NCBI GenBank assembly: GCA_035331565.1
Contig: DAOLKO010000014.1
Span: 104,583-168,582 of the forward strand
Direction of reading: 5' to 3'
DNA: 64,000 nucleotides
Source of the DNA: Blastocatellia bacterium
GTDB lineage: Bacteria > Acidobacteriota > Blastocatellia > RBC074
The notes beneath the pieces were generated by a model, which had not been told where the DNA came from, ran no database searches, and saw nothing but the letters and a program-made list of their open reading frames with translations. Numbering within the stretch: the first letter of the stretch is position 1; every line of letters begins with the position of its first letter. This document shows positions 38,440 to 48,315 of the stretch, in pieces. A program made the translations under genes and the position numbers.

Positions 38440-39029
38440 CTTGAAGCTTCAGCCAAGTCAAACTTTACGCGCTCGTAAATCTCGTGTAACGGCAGCGTGA
38501 CATTGATGGATTCAAGCGTTACTTCCGCATCCAAACCTTCAATGTCTGTTCGCAACCATTTTCTTTTCGATTGTCGAAGGTAGTGAATCACGTGCGGCGT
38601 GTCCTGGGAAATCACCAGATACTCCTCGAACGAATCAATAGACTGATATTCGATGAACTTGTCTTTCAGGTCGTAAGCAGCAGTGGAAGGCGAAAGAACT
38701 TCGACAATCACGATGGGATTGACCAACATTACTTGTCCGCTGATTTCCTCAAACATCGGTTCACCACAAACTACCGAGGCATCCGGATACCGATAAGGAA
38801 ACGCTTGGGGAACTTTGATTCGCATCTCGGAATTGAATGCTTCGCAATTGCCTCCTTTCAACTTGGACTGAAGCGTGGAATAAGCGTTGCCGCCGATGCG
38901 TGAATGGCTGAGACTTCCGCCCGCCATCGCGAAGACTTCGCCGTCAAAGTATTCGTACCGTTCCTCGGAGCTTTTCTCCAGTTCCAGGTACTCTTCGAGC
39001 GTGTATCTGCGTTTCGCGATGGCGGACAT
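38436..39029 (-). CDS. Uma2 family (DUF820) PD-(D/E)XK endonuclease
   Basis: YTLEEYLELE...RYEYFDGEVFAMAGGS..H, YPDASVVC, VEVLSPST, EEYLVISQ. Confidence 0.92.
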   Translation of the reverse strand: MSAIAKRRYTLEEYLELEKSSEERYEYFDGEVFAMAGGSLSHSRIGGNAYSTLQSKLKGGNCEAFNSEMRIKVPQAFPYRYPDASVVCGEPMFEEISGQVMLVNPIVIVEVLSPSTAAYDLKDKFIEYQSIDSFEEYLVISQDTPHVIHYLRQSKRKWLRTDIEGLDAEVTLESINVTLPLHEIYERVKFDLAEASR

Positions 39030-39038
39030 CAAGCCTCC

Positions 39039-40298
39039 TTATCTTCCCTTCACGTCGTAAGCGGTCAGCATGTTTTGGTTGCGGATGTAGAGTTTGCCGC
39101 CCGCCACGACCGGATGTGCCCAACTGGGTTTGCCCAAATCCTTAATCGAGAAGCTTCCCTTCTCGGAGTAAGCTTCCGGCGTTGCGACGGCCAAACCGAC
39201 TTTGTTGTCTTCGCCGAAAAGGAAAAGCATGCCGTCGGCGTAAGTCAGCGAGCCTTTGCCGACGCTGCGGGCCGACCACATCTTCTTGCCGGTGGCGAAT
39301 TCCAGACAGGTCAGAATCGAATTCGAGAATCCGTAAAGATAGCCGTTGACCAAGACCATGCCGCCGTGATGATTCATCATATCTTTGGTGAAATAAACTT
39401 CCTGCGATTTGACTTCGCCGCCTTGCGCGCTCAGCGACAACAGCGCACCGCCCGTGCCGTAGGCTGAAGAAAAGAAGACTTTGTTGTCGGCAAAAACCGG
39501 CGTGGAGCAATTGGCCGTGCGATTGGCGGGGCTGGAGTGACGCCACATAACTTTGCCGTCATTGGCGCGAACGCCCACGGCAGCACCCGACGTAAAGTTC
39601 ATGATCGTCCGCACGCCGCCGATATCCACCGCGATGCACGACGAATACGCCGCGTTATCGCTCAAACCGGCAGTTTTCCAAATCATCTGCCCCGTCATCT
39701 TGTCTAGCGCCACAATGCCGGCGTCCCTGCCGCCGGGCGAGACAATAACTTTGTTGCCGTCCACCAACGGCGATTCGCTGATGAGCCATTGCGGGTTGCT
39801 GCCGCCAAACTCTTTCAAAATGTTCTTGCGCCAAACCGGAGTTCCGTTGCCCGCGCGTAAACAAGCCAGATCGCCGTTTTCCGTCAGCACGTAAATGCGG
39901 TCGTCATCCAGCGTCGGCGTTCCGCGAGGGCCGTTGCCGCGCCCTTCATCCACTTTCGGCCCCAGCGCCGCCGACCAGACGGTTTTGCCGTCGGCACGAT
40001 TCAGGGCAAAGATCGTGCTGGCGCTACCGTTGGTTCCCTGCACGTAAATGCGGTCGCCACGGATCGCCAACGAACCATAGCCTTCGCCAAGCGAGGAAAT
40101 CGTCCAATTGGCTTGCGGCCCTGAAGCCGGCCACTGTTTCAACAACCCGGTTTCCTTTGAAATGCCGTTGCGTTCCGCACCGCGCCATTGGGGCCAATCG
40201 CCGACGACGGCAGGCGCGGGCGCGCCGATCGTCGCCGCCGTCACGGCCAACGCCAAAATCAACACCGGCAAATAAACAAACAAACGATTCGGTCTCAT
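39039..40298 (-). CDS. Secreted PQQ-like beta-propeller repeat protein
   Basis: DWPQWRG, GPRGTPT, ISESPLVD, AYSS, SWAHPVVAGGKLYIR; signal peptide from MRPNR. Confidence 0.88.
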   Translation of the reverse strand: MRPNRLFVYLPVLILALAVTAATIGAPAPAVVGDWPQWRGAERNGISKETGLLKQWPASGPQANWTISSLGEGYGSLAIRGDRIYVQGTNGSASTIFALNRADGKTVWSAALGPKVDEGRGNGPRGTPTLDDDRIYVLTENGDLACLRAGNGTPVWRKNILKEFGGSNPQWLISESPLVDGNKVIVSPGGRDAGIVALDKMTGQMIWKTAGLSDNAAYSSCIAVDIGGVRTIMNFTSGAAVGVRANDGKVMWRHSSPANRTANCSTPVFADNKVFFSSAYGTGGALLSLSAQGGEVKSQEVYFTKDMMNHHGGMVLVNGYLYGFSNSILTCLEFATGKKMWSARSVGKGSLTYADGMLFLFGEDNKVGLAVATPEAYSEKGSFSIKDLGKPSWAHPVVAGGKLYIRNQNMLTAYDVKGR

Positions 40299-40422
40299 CA
40301 GAAGTCTCCTTGTCTTCTCCTGAAAATTTGCGTTTTCGAGGTTGTGGTCAAAAAGTTGGGAATGCGACGGGCGGATTATAAGCCAAGTTGAAGATGCTGG
40401 GCAGTGCGTGCAGCAGGCTTGA

Positions 40423-40548
40423 GGATTTATGTGAAGCCTTTGCAAATTTAAAGTCTCACGCAAAGCCGCCACGGCGCAAAGAAACAAAAGGGCAAATCAG
40501 AATCTTTCTCTCTCCCCTGCTTTGCGACTTGGCGGCTTTGCGTGAAAC
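40423..40548. repeat. REP/MITE-like element, copy A
   Basis: CACGCAAAGCCGCCACGGCGCAAAG ... CTTTGCGACTTGGCGGCTTTGCGTG inverted arms; matches the reverse complement of 62975-63104. Confidence 0.8.
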
Positions 40549-40559
40549 GGTGTCGGGAA

Positions 40560-41813
40560 TCATTCGTACCGCAAACACTCAATCGGATCGAGATTCGCCG
40601 CTTTTTTCGCCGGCCAGACGCCGAAGATCAATCCGATGGCAGTGGAAACCGCCATTGCCATGACCACCGCCCAAACTGGAATCGAAGCGGGCAGTTCCGG
40701 CAGGAAAAACATAATCACGTAACTGACCAGCACCGCGACCAGAATGCCCAACAAGCCGCCCAAAAAAGTCAGCGTCATGGCTTCAAACAAAAACTGGCGG
40801 ACAATGTCGCGTTTGCGCGCGCCGATGGCTTTGCGGACGCCGATTTCGCGCGTTCGTTCGGTGACGGAAACCAGCATGATGTTCATCACGCCGATGCCGC
40901 CGACCAGCAATCCTACAGCGGAAATGGCGATGGCGAACAAGCCCACGTACATTGTGATGCTGTCGAACTGTTCGATGATTTTCGACGCGGTTTGTAGTTC
41001 AAAATTATTCGGCTGGTCATATTTCACGCCGCGTTGTCGTCGCAAAACCTGTTCGACTTGATCCAGGCCCGCCGCCAGCATGCCTGTTTTGGCGCGGATG
41101 TGCAGGTTCAGTTCTTTGCTGATGGGCGAGATTTTGCGCCCGGTTTGGAAAGGAATATACAACGCGCCGTCTTCTTCGTTTTCGCCGAAAAAGCTGTTCT
41201 CGCGTTTTTCCAGCACGCCGACGATTTCAAACGGACGTCCGCCCAGATCAACTATGGAACCGACAATGTTCGGCTGATTCGCGAACAACGATTCGGCGAC
41301 GTTCGGCCCGATAACCATCACTTCGCGTTTGTGTTCGTCGTCAATTTCGGTGATGAAGCGCCCTTGCTGCAAGGCAACGTTGGTTACTTGTGCGTAGCTG
41401 GCAGAGACGCCTTGCAGAAAACCGTTGCGGTATTTTTGGCCATTGTATCTGAGCGTGCCGTCCATCCGCCACAGATATAGCACATTGGCGACTTCCTCAA
41501 TCGCCGGCGCTTGGCGCTTGATCGCCTCGCCGTCCTCGTCGTTCAGCGGTTTGCGCATGTATTCGCTGCGGTCGCGGTCGCCCATGCGCGGGCCGGTCGA
41601 AAGGTGAAAAGCGTAAATGTTGTTCGTGCCGTATTCTTCAACCATCGAAACGATGCGCCCGCGCAGTCCAGTCAATATAGAAGCCACCGCCACCACCGTC
41701 ATCACGCCAACTACAATGCCCAGCACGGTCAACGAACTGCGAAACTTGTGCGCCCGAATCGTGCCGAGCGCCATCGAGACGGTTTCCGTGGGAAAAAGCG
41801 ATTTGATTTTCAT
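40560..41813 (-). CDS. MacB/FtsX-like ABC permease
   Basis: [59 protein letters not shown]. Confidence 0.93.
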   Translation of the reverse strand: MKIKSLFPTETVSMALGTIRAHKFRSSLTVLGIVVGVMTVVAVASILTGLRGRIVSMVEEYGTNNIYAFHLSTGPRMGDRDRSEYMRKPLNDEDGEAIKRQAPAIEEVANVLYLWRMDGTLRYNGQKYRNGFLQGVSASYAQVTNVALQQGRFITEIDDEHKREVMVIGPNVAESLFANQPNIVGSIVDLGGRPFEIVGVLEKRENSFFGENEEDGALYIPFQTGRKISPISKELNLHIRAKTGMLAAGLDQVEQVLRRQRGVKYDQPNNFELQTASKIIEQFDSITMYVGLFAIAISAVGLLVGGIGVMNIMLVSVTERTREIGVRKAIGARKRDIVRQFLFEAMTLTFLGGLLGILVAVLVSYVIMFFLPELPASIPVWAVVMAMAVSTAIGLIFGVWPAKKAANLDPIECLRYE

Positions 41814-41830
41814 TGCTTTGCGCTCCGCTG

Positions 41831-43075
41831 TTAGTTTTTCGCCAGCGCCACGATGGGGTCGAGTCGTGAAGCTTTGTAGGCCGGATAAATGCCCGCGATC
41901 AGGCCGACGCCGCCGGAAACCACCAGCGACAACAGGATGTACCCGAAAGTGATAGTCATCGGAATCGGAGTGGCGATGCGCACCGCCCAGGAAATGCCCG
42001 CCGCCAGCAGCAAACCCAACATGCCGCCCACCGCCGACAGGAAAGACGATTCAATCATGAATTGCAGCAGGATTTGGCTTTTCTTGGCACCGACGGCTTT
42101 GCGCAAACCGATCTCGAAAGTTCTTTCCGTTACCGACACCAGCATGATGTTCATGACGACGATGCCGCCGACAACCAAAGACAGAAGCGTGATCGGCGTC
42201 ACAACCAGCGCAATCATGCCGGTGAAACTGTCCACCTGCTTATTGACGGCGTCGGTGTTGACGATGCCGAAATCGTCGTCTTCATTGCCGACTAGCTTGT
42301 GATGGTTGCGCAGCGCCGTGCGGGCTTCTTCGATGGCGCGGTCGAATTGTTCGCGGTCGGAGGCTTTGCCATGAAGTTGTAAGCTTTGGCGGCGTCCGTA
42401 AAGTTTGCCGAAGGTGGTCAGCGGAATGTAGATGTGATTATCAATCGCCTGGCCCATAAACGGGCCGCGCTTTTCTTCCACGCCGATAATGGTCATCGGC
42501 ACTTCGCGGATTTTCAGCGCCCGGCCGATGGGGTCGCGGTTTTCAAAAAATTTTTCTTTTACATCGCCGCCGATGACGCACACCAGCGCGGAACGTTCGA
42601 CTTCGTGCGGCGCGAGAAAGCGGCCTTCGCTGATGGTTTTGGCTTCGATTTCGACCATGTTGGCCGTCACGCCCAGAATGCCGACGCCGAACATTTCGCG
42701 GCCTTCGTGTTTCAGATTCTGCCGCCAGTTGGCTTGCGCGCCGACAGCCAGGCAGGTCGGACAGCGCGCGGCAATCCATTCGTAATCCTCCAGCGTGAGT
42801 ACTTTATTGCGGCGTTGGGCGCGTTCCCATTCGTCATCCGTCCATTCGCCCTGATGCGCAAAGCGCGCAATCATAAAGTGATTGACGCCGAGAATCTTCG
42901 AAACGGTCGAAAGCACATAGCTGTTAAAACCATTGATCGAAGCGCCGACTACCACCACCGAAGCCACGCCGATGATGATTCCGATCAAGGTCAGAAAGGC
43001 GCGCAGTTTGTGCGCGAAGATGGATTGCAGCGCCAAACGCGCTGCGTCCGCGACGAAGTAATACAGTCTTTTCAT
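41831..43075 (-). CDS. MacB/FtsX-like ABC permease
   Basis: [56 protein letters not shown]. Confidence 0.93.
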   Translation of the reverse strand: MKRLYYFVADAARLALQSIFAHKLRAFLTLIGIIIGVASVVVVGASINGFNSYVLSTVSKILGVNHFMIARFAHQGEWTDDEWERAQRRNKVLTLEDYEWIAARCPTCLAVGAQANWRQNLKHEGREMFGVGILGVTANMVEIEAKTISEGRFLAPHEVERSALVCVIGGDVKEKFFENRDPIGRALKIREVPMTIIGVEEKRGPFMGQAIDNHIYIPLTTFGKLYGRRQSLQLHGKASDREQFDRAIEEARTALRNHHKLVGNEDDDFGIVNTDAVNKQVDSFTGMIALVVTPITLLSLVVGGIVVMNIMLVSVTERTFEIGLRKAVGAKKSQILLQFMIESSFLSAVGGMLGLLLAAGISWAVRIATPIPMTITFGYILLSLVVSGGVGLIAGIYPAYKASRLDPIVALAKN

Positions 43076-43119
43076 AGGCGGGAATCCTCACCGCTGAAAA
43101 CGACCGTCGCCGAAAAAAA

Positions 43120-44580
43120 TTAACCGGCTGAAAGATTTTTTTCCCGACGTGCTTCGATCAAATGCACTTCGCCAAAGATTTCGCTTTTCGGCTTTGAATC
43201 GTTTTCTTTTACGGCGATGTGTTTGCCAAACCCTGACAAAATGGCTTCCAACGCAGGCAGCGCCGCGCCGGCGCGCTTGGCGCGAATGATCCAATCCCAA
43301 AGCGGCTCGAATTTCTTCCAGCCGCCCGCGTAGCTGAGATGGCGCAACCGCCCAAGCCAATGCGCTTTCGACATGGCTCCCTGCAAAATGGAACTCCAGC
43401 GATAAAACTCTTTGTAAGCGCGCCAATAACCTGCTTCGAGCGCCGCCGCAGACATCCTAGCTGGTCGGAAAACGACGTGACGGGTATCGAACAAATCCCA
43501 ATCGTCGCTAGTCATGCGTTCCTGCGCGATCATTCGTCGGTAAAGAGCTGTACCGGGGTAAGGTGTAAGAATATGAAATGTCGCCGTCTCAATACCCTGC
43601 TCAATCGCCCATTCAACCGTTCGCTCGAAAACGGACTCATCATCATCGTCCATTCCAAAAACGAAACTGCCGTTGACCATCACACCGTTGTCATGCAACC
43701 GGCGAATGGCGGCAGTGTAATCGCGATTGAGGTTTTGATACTTGTGCTGCTCGCGCAAATTGGCTGGGTTGAGCGTTTCGAAGCCGACGAATAAGCTGCG
43801 CAACCCGCAAGCTACGGCCTTTTCCAGCAAGTCCGGCGCAAGGACGGATTTGACGGTTCCGGCGGCTTGCCACAATCGCCCCATTCCTTTCATTCCGTCA
43901 AACAACGCCGATGCAAAACGCGGGTTGCCGAACAAATGGTCATCAAGGAAGTAAAGATGCCGCCCCGGCAATCGTTCGATTTCACCGAGCGCGTCATCCA
44001 CAGTCTGTGTGTAAAAAGACTTGCCCCCTTCAAAGAAAGCTTCCTTGTAACAAAAGTCGCAGGAGTGCGGACAGCCGCGCGAAACAACAATGGAATTTGG
44101 AACGAGGTAAAGGCGGCGTTTAATTAAATCGCGCCGCACCTTCGGCGCGCCGAGCAGCGTGCGAATTTCGGAACGGTAAAGTTTGCCGGGCCGGCCTGCA
44201 CGAAAGTCTTTCAAGAAATTCGGCCAGGTGTCTTCGCCCGGTCCAAGAAAGATGGTGTCGGCGTGCGCGGCAGCCTCTTCCGGCAACGAAGTCACGTGCA
44301 ATCCGCCAAGCGCGATATGCGCGCCGCAGCGACGGTAATGATCGGCAAGCTCATACGCACGTTTTGCAGAGGTGATGTAGACCTGAATGACTACCAACTC
44401 CGGTTCGTCGTCAAGATTGAGCGTCTCGACATGTTCGTCCTGCAACTCGACTTCATCGTCCGCATCCAGATACCCGGCCAGTGTGGCCAGACCCAGAGGC
44501 GGAAACAAAGAATATTTGATCGGACGCCAAAACGGACTTTTAGCTTCGGTCAGTGCGGGCAAGATCATTTTGACCTTCAT
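43120..44580 (-). CDS. B12-binding radical SAM protein
   Basis: PPLGLATLAGY, ALGGLHVT (B12-binding), SRGCPHSCDFC (CxxxCxxC), VGFET; GGAGG RBS before ATG 44580. Confidence 0.92.
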   Translation of the reverse strand: MKVKMILPALTEAKSPFWRPIKYSLFPPLGLATLAGYLDADDEVELQDEHVETLNLDDEPELVVIQVYITSAKRAYELADHYRRCGAHIALGGLHVTSLPEEAAAHADTIFLGPGEDTWPNFLKDFRAGRPGKLYRSEIRTLLGAPKVRRDLIKRRLYLVPNSIVVSRGCPHSCDFCYKEAFFEGGKSFYTQTVDDALGEIERLPGRHLYFLDDHLFGNPRFASALFDGMKGMGRLWQAAGTVKSVLAPDLLEKAVACGLRSLFVGFETLNPANLREQHKYQNLNRDYTAAIRRLHDNGVMVNGSFVFGMDDDDESVFERTVEWAIEQGIETATFHILTPYPGTALYRRMIAQERMTSDDWDLFDTRHVVFRPARMSAAALEAGYWRAYKEFYRWSSILQGAMSKAHWLGRLRHLSYAGGWKKFEPLWDWIIRAKRAGAALPALEAILSGFGKHIAVKENDSKPKSEIFGEVHLIEARREKNLSAG

Positions 44581-44667
44581 ATCACACCTCCGCCCGCACT
44601 TTCGCCGAGCGCTCCGACAGATCGCCGGAAAGCGGTTCAATTGCGGGCAATACAAGTTTTGCCGAAA

Positions 44668-44723
44668 ACGGTGAGCAAGTCGCAGGATCAATCTGCAGGA
44701 TGCAGATCCGAACTGCTCACCGT
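44668..44723 (-). promoter_or_regulatory. Terminator/attenuator-like hairpin upstream of the radical SAM gene
   Basis: Minus strand ACGGTGAGCA...TGCTCACCGT 10-bp stem enclosing ATCTGCA-TCC-TGCAGAT, followed by TTT. Confidence 0.5.
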
Positions 44724-44758
44724 GAATGAAGCCGGCGCTTGTGCCGGCAGTTCGTTCG

Positions 44759-45241
44759 TCATTGTCCCATTATCAACACGGAAATATTTCGTTCGCGGGA
44801 ATCGTCCAGCTCGACAAAAAAAAGGCTTTGCCAGCGGCCAAGCTGAAGCTTGCCCTCGGCGACGTTGAGCATGATGGAAGCGGGCAGGAAGAGGGCTTTG
44901 CAATGCGAATGGCCGTTGGCCGGTTCGTCGGGCGGAATATCCACGCGGCGGCTAAAATCGTTGTGTTCGTAATCGCCGTTGCGCGGCACGTGAGAGTCCA
45001 GCAATCGTTTCAGGTCTTCAATCAGCAACGGTTCGTTTTCGTTGACGATCAGTGCGGTGGTGGTGTGTTTGGTTTGCACGTTGACCATTCCCTGGCGAAT
45101 GCCGGAGCGGGCGACGATGCTTTCAACGTGAGATGTCAAATCAATGAATTCCAGGCATTCAGCGGTTTGCAGACGAATCACGTCGTGATGCGTGCGCAAT
45201 CCCAGGTCAATTTTTTCTTGAACCATAGCCAGTTGAGCCAT
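44759..45241 (-). CDS. yjbQ: YjbQ/UPF0047 family protein (secondary thiamine-phosphate synthase family)
   Basis: HTTTALIVNENEP, NGHSHCKALFL, LQLGRWQSLFFVELD. Confidence 0.9.
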   Translation of the reverse strand: MAQLAMVQEKIDLGLRTHHDVIRLQTAECLEFIDLTSHVESIVARSGIRQGMVNVQTKHTTTALIVNENEPLLIEDLKRLLDSHVPRNGDYEHNDFSRRVDIPPDEPANGHSHCKALFLPASIMLNVAEGKLQLGRWQSLFFVELDDSRERNISVLIMGQ

Positions 45242-45325
45242 AAATCTCCTCTTGTGGAATGTAAAAATCGCCGGACAGGGTAAAGCCTCTGCCGAAAGAA
45301 AGCGAACCGCTTAAGGCGACGAAAA

Positions 45326-45697
45326 TCAGCGTTCGCGGGCAGCTTGAATCAACGCTTCCATGTGATCCAGATATTGTTCCAGCGCCTGCCGACCGGTTTC
45401 GGTCAGGCGGTATTCGGTCTTGGGAATGCGCCCCTCGAAGGATTTTGTGCAGGCAATGTATTCCGCATCTTCCAGTTTGCGCGCGTGAACGCTGACGTTA
45501 CCGTCTGTGGTTTTCAGCAACTCTTTCAATTGACTGAAGGTGAGCGATTCATTGGCTGCCAGCGCGCTGATGATGCCCAGTCGGATGCGTTCGTGAATCA
45601 GATTGTCGAGTTCCGGCGCGCGTTCAGCGGCTTGCAGGGCTTGCAAGCCGCGTTCGCCGGCAATGCCTTTGGTTGTTTCTCCTTTGGTTGTGTTCAT
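45326..45697 (-). CDS. Winged-helix transcriptional regulator (HTH_34, MarR/ArsR-like)
   Basis: LDNLIHERIRLGIISAL, LTFSQLKELL, DGNVSVHARKLE, TEYRLTETGRQAL. Confidence 0.88.
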   Translation of the reverse strand: MNTTKGETTKGIAGERGLQALQAAERAPELDNLIHERIRLGIISALAANESLTFSQLKELLKTTDGNVSVHARKLEDAEYIACTKSFEGRIPKTEYRLTETGRQALEQYLDHMEALIQAARER

Positions 45698-45713
45698 GGA
45701 TGATCGCGCTGAT

Positions 45714-46337
45714 TTAACCACCGTGCCTCCTAGCAATGACGATTCCGAAAAGAATGTGCAGCCCTCCAAATCCGAAAGCCAAAAACGTGTTGTTCCAAGC
45801 CGGCGGCGCAAGCAACGCCACAATGCCTGTCGCCATAAAACAAAGCCCCATCACCGGCACAACCTTCACCGAAAACGCACCGCCCGTTACCACGCCTGTG
45901 CCGTAAAGCAATAACCACATTCCCGGCAACACGTCATAAGCGCCTGCCCGCGCCAGTGCGATAGAAAGCAGCGCGCCTGCAATCAGCGGCGGTGCCAGGC
46001 TCAACGTGAACTGCCTGCCCGGCGGCGACAGCACTTTGGTCTGCGCCGCCGTCGCCTTGCGCTTCATCGTCACGCCGCCGATGAATAACGCCAGCGGCAA
46101 AGCGCAGCCCCAAACGTACATCCATTCGTGTTCATCCGGCACGCGCGCTGCGATTACCGCTGCAATCAATGCAGTCACGCCGACCAGCACGCCTCCCCAC
46201 CCCGGCACCGCCGTAAACGAAGATGCCCGCTCCATCGTCTCGCGAATGAAGCGCAGGTTGTCCATCGCACGCCCATGTAAGCTCGGCATCGACGGAGCTT
46301 CGGAAATTTCAGGACGGAATTTGTGTAGGGAGCCCAT
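45714..46337 (-). CDS. Integral membrane hypothetical protein (about 6 TM); start uncertain
   Basis: [15 protein letters not shown] followed by hydrophobic helices; ends [18 protein letters not shown]. Confidence 0.75.
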   Translation of the reverse strand: MGSLHKFRPEISEAPSMPSLHGRAMDNLRFIRETMERASSFTAVPGWGGVLVGVTALIAAVIAARVPDEHEWMYVWGCALPLALFIGGVTMKRKATAAQTKVLSPPGRQFTLSLAPPLIAGALLSIALARAGAYDVLPGMWLLLYGTGVVTGGAFSVKVVPVMGLCFMATGIVALLAPPAWNNTFLAFGFGGLHILFGIVIARRHGG

Positions 46338-46615
46338 GACGCCGTGGATCATAGTGGGGAAGCAGAGTTTTGACAAGTACTTGTCGGCATAAAGTTCAAT
46401 GCCTCAAAATTTAGCCTGCGAAGCAGACGGCAGCAGAAAGCAGCCTCAGGAGTGTCCGGTGTGTTGGTGGGTCAGCCCACGAATTCGCGAGCTTGTGCTT
46501 TCGCGCAACACTGTGTTTAAACGAGGGTGACAAGAAAACAGTGAGCGACTATGCTACGGATGGCTTCGGCGTTTAGCTGAAGTTCGATCTTCCAATCTCC
46601 TCAACACGGCAAATT

Positions 46616-48289
46616 ATGAATGAGTTTTCCTGGCGCACGCGGCGCGCTTCGCTCGAAAAGTTCAGACAACATACCTTTGATGTACTCATTATTGGCGGCG
46701 GCATTACCGGCGCGGGGTTGGCGCTGGACGCCGCCGTGCGCGGTCTGAAAACCGCGCTGGTTGAAAAGCGCGATTTCGCCGCCGGCACTTCCAGCCGTTC
46801 GACCAAACTGATTCACGGCGGGCTTCGTTATTTGGAGCAGTTTGATTTCGGCTTGGTGCGAGAAGCATTAGTCGAACGCGGCACACTGGCCAAAATCGCG
46901 CCGCATTTGACGGATCCTTACCCGTTCGTCATTCCTATCTATAAAGACTCCAGACGTAATTACGACCATCCGCTGAAAATGCGCGCGGGACTGTTTTTGT
47001 ATGATCTGCTGGCCGGACGCTACAACTTCGCGCGGCATCGGCGGCTGACTCGCGAAGAAGCATTAAAGCTGGCTCCGCAACTCGACCCATCCGGTTTGAA
47101 GGGCGCGTTTTTGTATTACGACGCGCGGACGAATGACTCGCGGCTGGTCATCGAAGTCATCAAAGCCGCCAACAAACGCGGCGCGGCCATCGCCAATTAC
47201 ACAAAGGTCGAACGTTTTCTGCGCGAAGGCGGCAAAATCGCGGGCGCGCAATTGCGCGATGAGTTGGAAGGCGAGAGCTTCGAGGTGCGCGCTAAAACCG
47301 TAATCAATGCCACGGGCGTCTGGATGGAAGAAACCATTCGGCTGGGCGGAGAAAACGCCGACGGATTGTCGAAAAACCTGCGCCCGTCCAAAGGCATTCA
47401 CCTGACCGTTTCCGCAGACCGCTTGCAAGTGGATTCGGCCTGGCTGATCCCATCGCTGACCGGGCATCGCTTTTACTTCGTCGTACCGTGGGAAGGCCGC
47501 GTCAACATCGGCACGACCGATACCGATTACGAAGGCGATAAAGACTCGCCGCAAGCTCAAACCGATGAAGTGGTCGAAATTCTCAATGCCATCAATTCCT
47601 ATTTTCCCAGCGCACAGCTTGCGCCGGCGGACGTGATTTCAGCCTGGGCTGGATTACGCCCGTTGATTACCGATCCGAAAGCGAAGGACACCACAGCCAC
47701 TTCGCGCAAGGAAGAATTGATCGAAACCAGTGACGGACTGATTTCACTGGGCGGCGGCAAACTGACGACTTACCGCGCCATGGCTGAGCAAGGGATTGAT
47801 CTGGTGTTGAAACGAATCGGCAAAAGCGCCGAGATGCAAACTACTGCCGACGTGCCCATCGGCGGCGGCGAACTCAGTCGTGCGGAAATCGAAGACCTGG
47901 CGCAACGGATTTCCGCCTCGGAAAACCTGCCGATTGAAACTGCCGGACATTTGGGATTCACCTACGGTTCAAACTGCCTGGAACTGGTGAAGTTGATTCA
48001 CGAAGATGAAAGCCTGCGCGAACCACTGCTGGCCGGCCGGCCTTATATCAAAGCCGAAATCGTCTACGCCATACGTTCGGAAATGGCCGTGACCCTTTCC
48101 GATTCCCTGACGCGGAGAATCCGCGTGGCGATGCTGGAAGGAAACGAAGCATTGGACTGCGCGCCGATTGTCGCCGCCCTGATGAAAAAAGAGTTGGGCT
48201 GGAATGAAGAGGAAATACGGCGGCAACTGGAATTCTTCGCGGCGGAGTTCGACCGGGAATATGCCGCAACGCAGATTCGCATCGGGTAA
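46616..48289 (+). CDS. glpD: FAD-dependent glycerol-3-phosphate dehydrogenase
   Basis: [49 protein letters not shown]. Confidence 0.93.
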   Translation: MNEFSWRTRRASLEKFRQHTFDVLIIGGGITGAGLALDAAVRGLKTALVEKRDFAAGTSSRSTKLIHGGLRYLEQFDFGLVREALVERGTLAKIAPHLTDPYPFVIPIYKDSRRNYDHPLKMRAGLFLYDLLAGRYNFARHRRLTREEALKLAPQLDPSGLKGAFLYYDARTNDSRLVIEVIKAANKRGAAIANYTKVERFLREGGKIAGAQLRDELEGESFEVRAKTVINATGVWMEETIRLGGENADGLSKNLRPSKGIHLTVSADRLQVDSAWLIPSLTGHRFYFVVPWEGRVNIGTTDTDYEGDKDSPQAQTDEVVEILNAINSYFPSAQLAPADVISAWAGLRPLITDPKAKDTTATSRKEELIETSDGLISLGGGKLTTYRAMAEQGIDLVLKRIGKSAEMQTTADVPIGGGELSRAEIEDLAQRISASENLPIETAGHLGFTYGSNCLELVKLIHEDESLREPLLAGRPYIKAEIVYAIRSEMAVTLSDSLTRRIRVAMLEGNEALDCAPIVAALMKKELGWNEEEIRRQLEFFAAEFDREYAATQIRIG

Positions 48290-48315
48290 GCCTTTCCCAC
48301 CGGAGATTTTCAAAC

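Noticed and set aside
43120-44580. Calling the B12 radical SAM HpnP or HpnR because shc is in the window
   Set aside because: It is about 12 kb from shc in a different operon, and I see only generic family motifs; a phylogeny would be required
44581-44758. Cobalamin riboswitch upstream of the B12-binding gene
   Set aside because: No B12-box or GGGAA...GCCACTG...GGGAAG consensus visible, and the spacer is short
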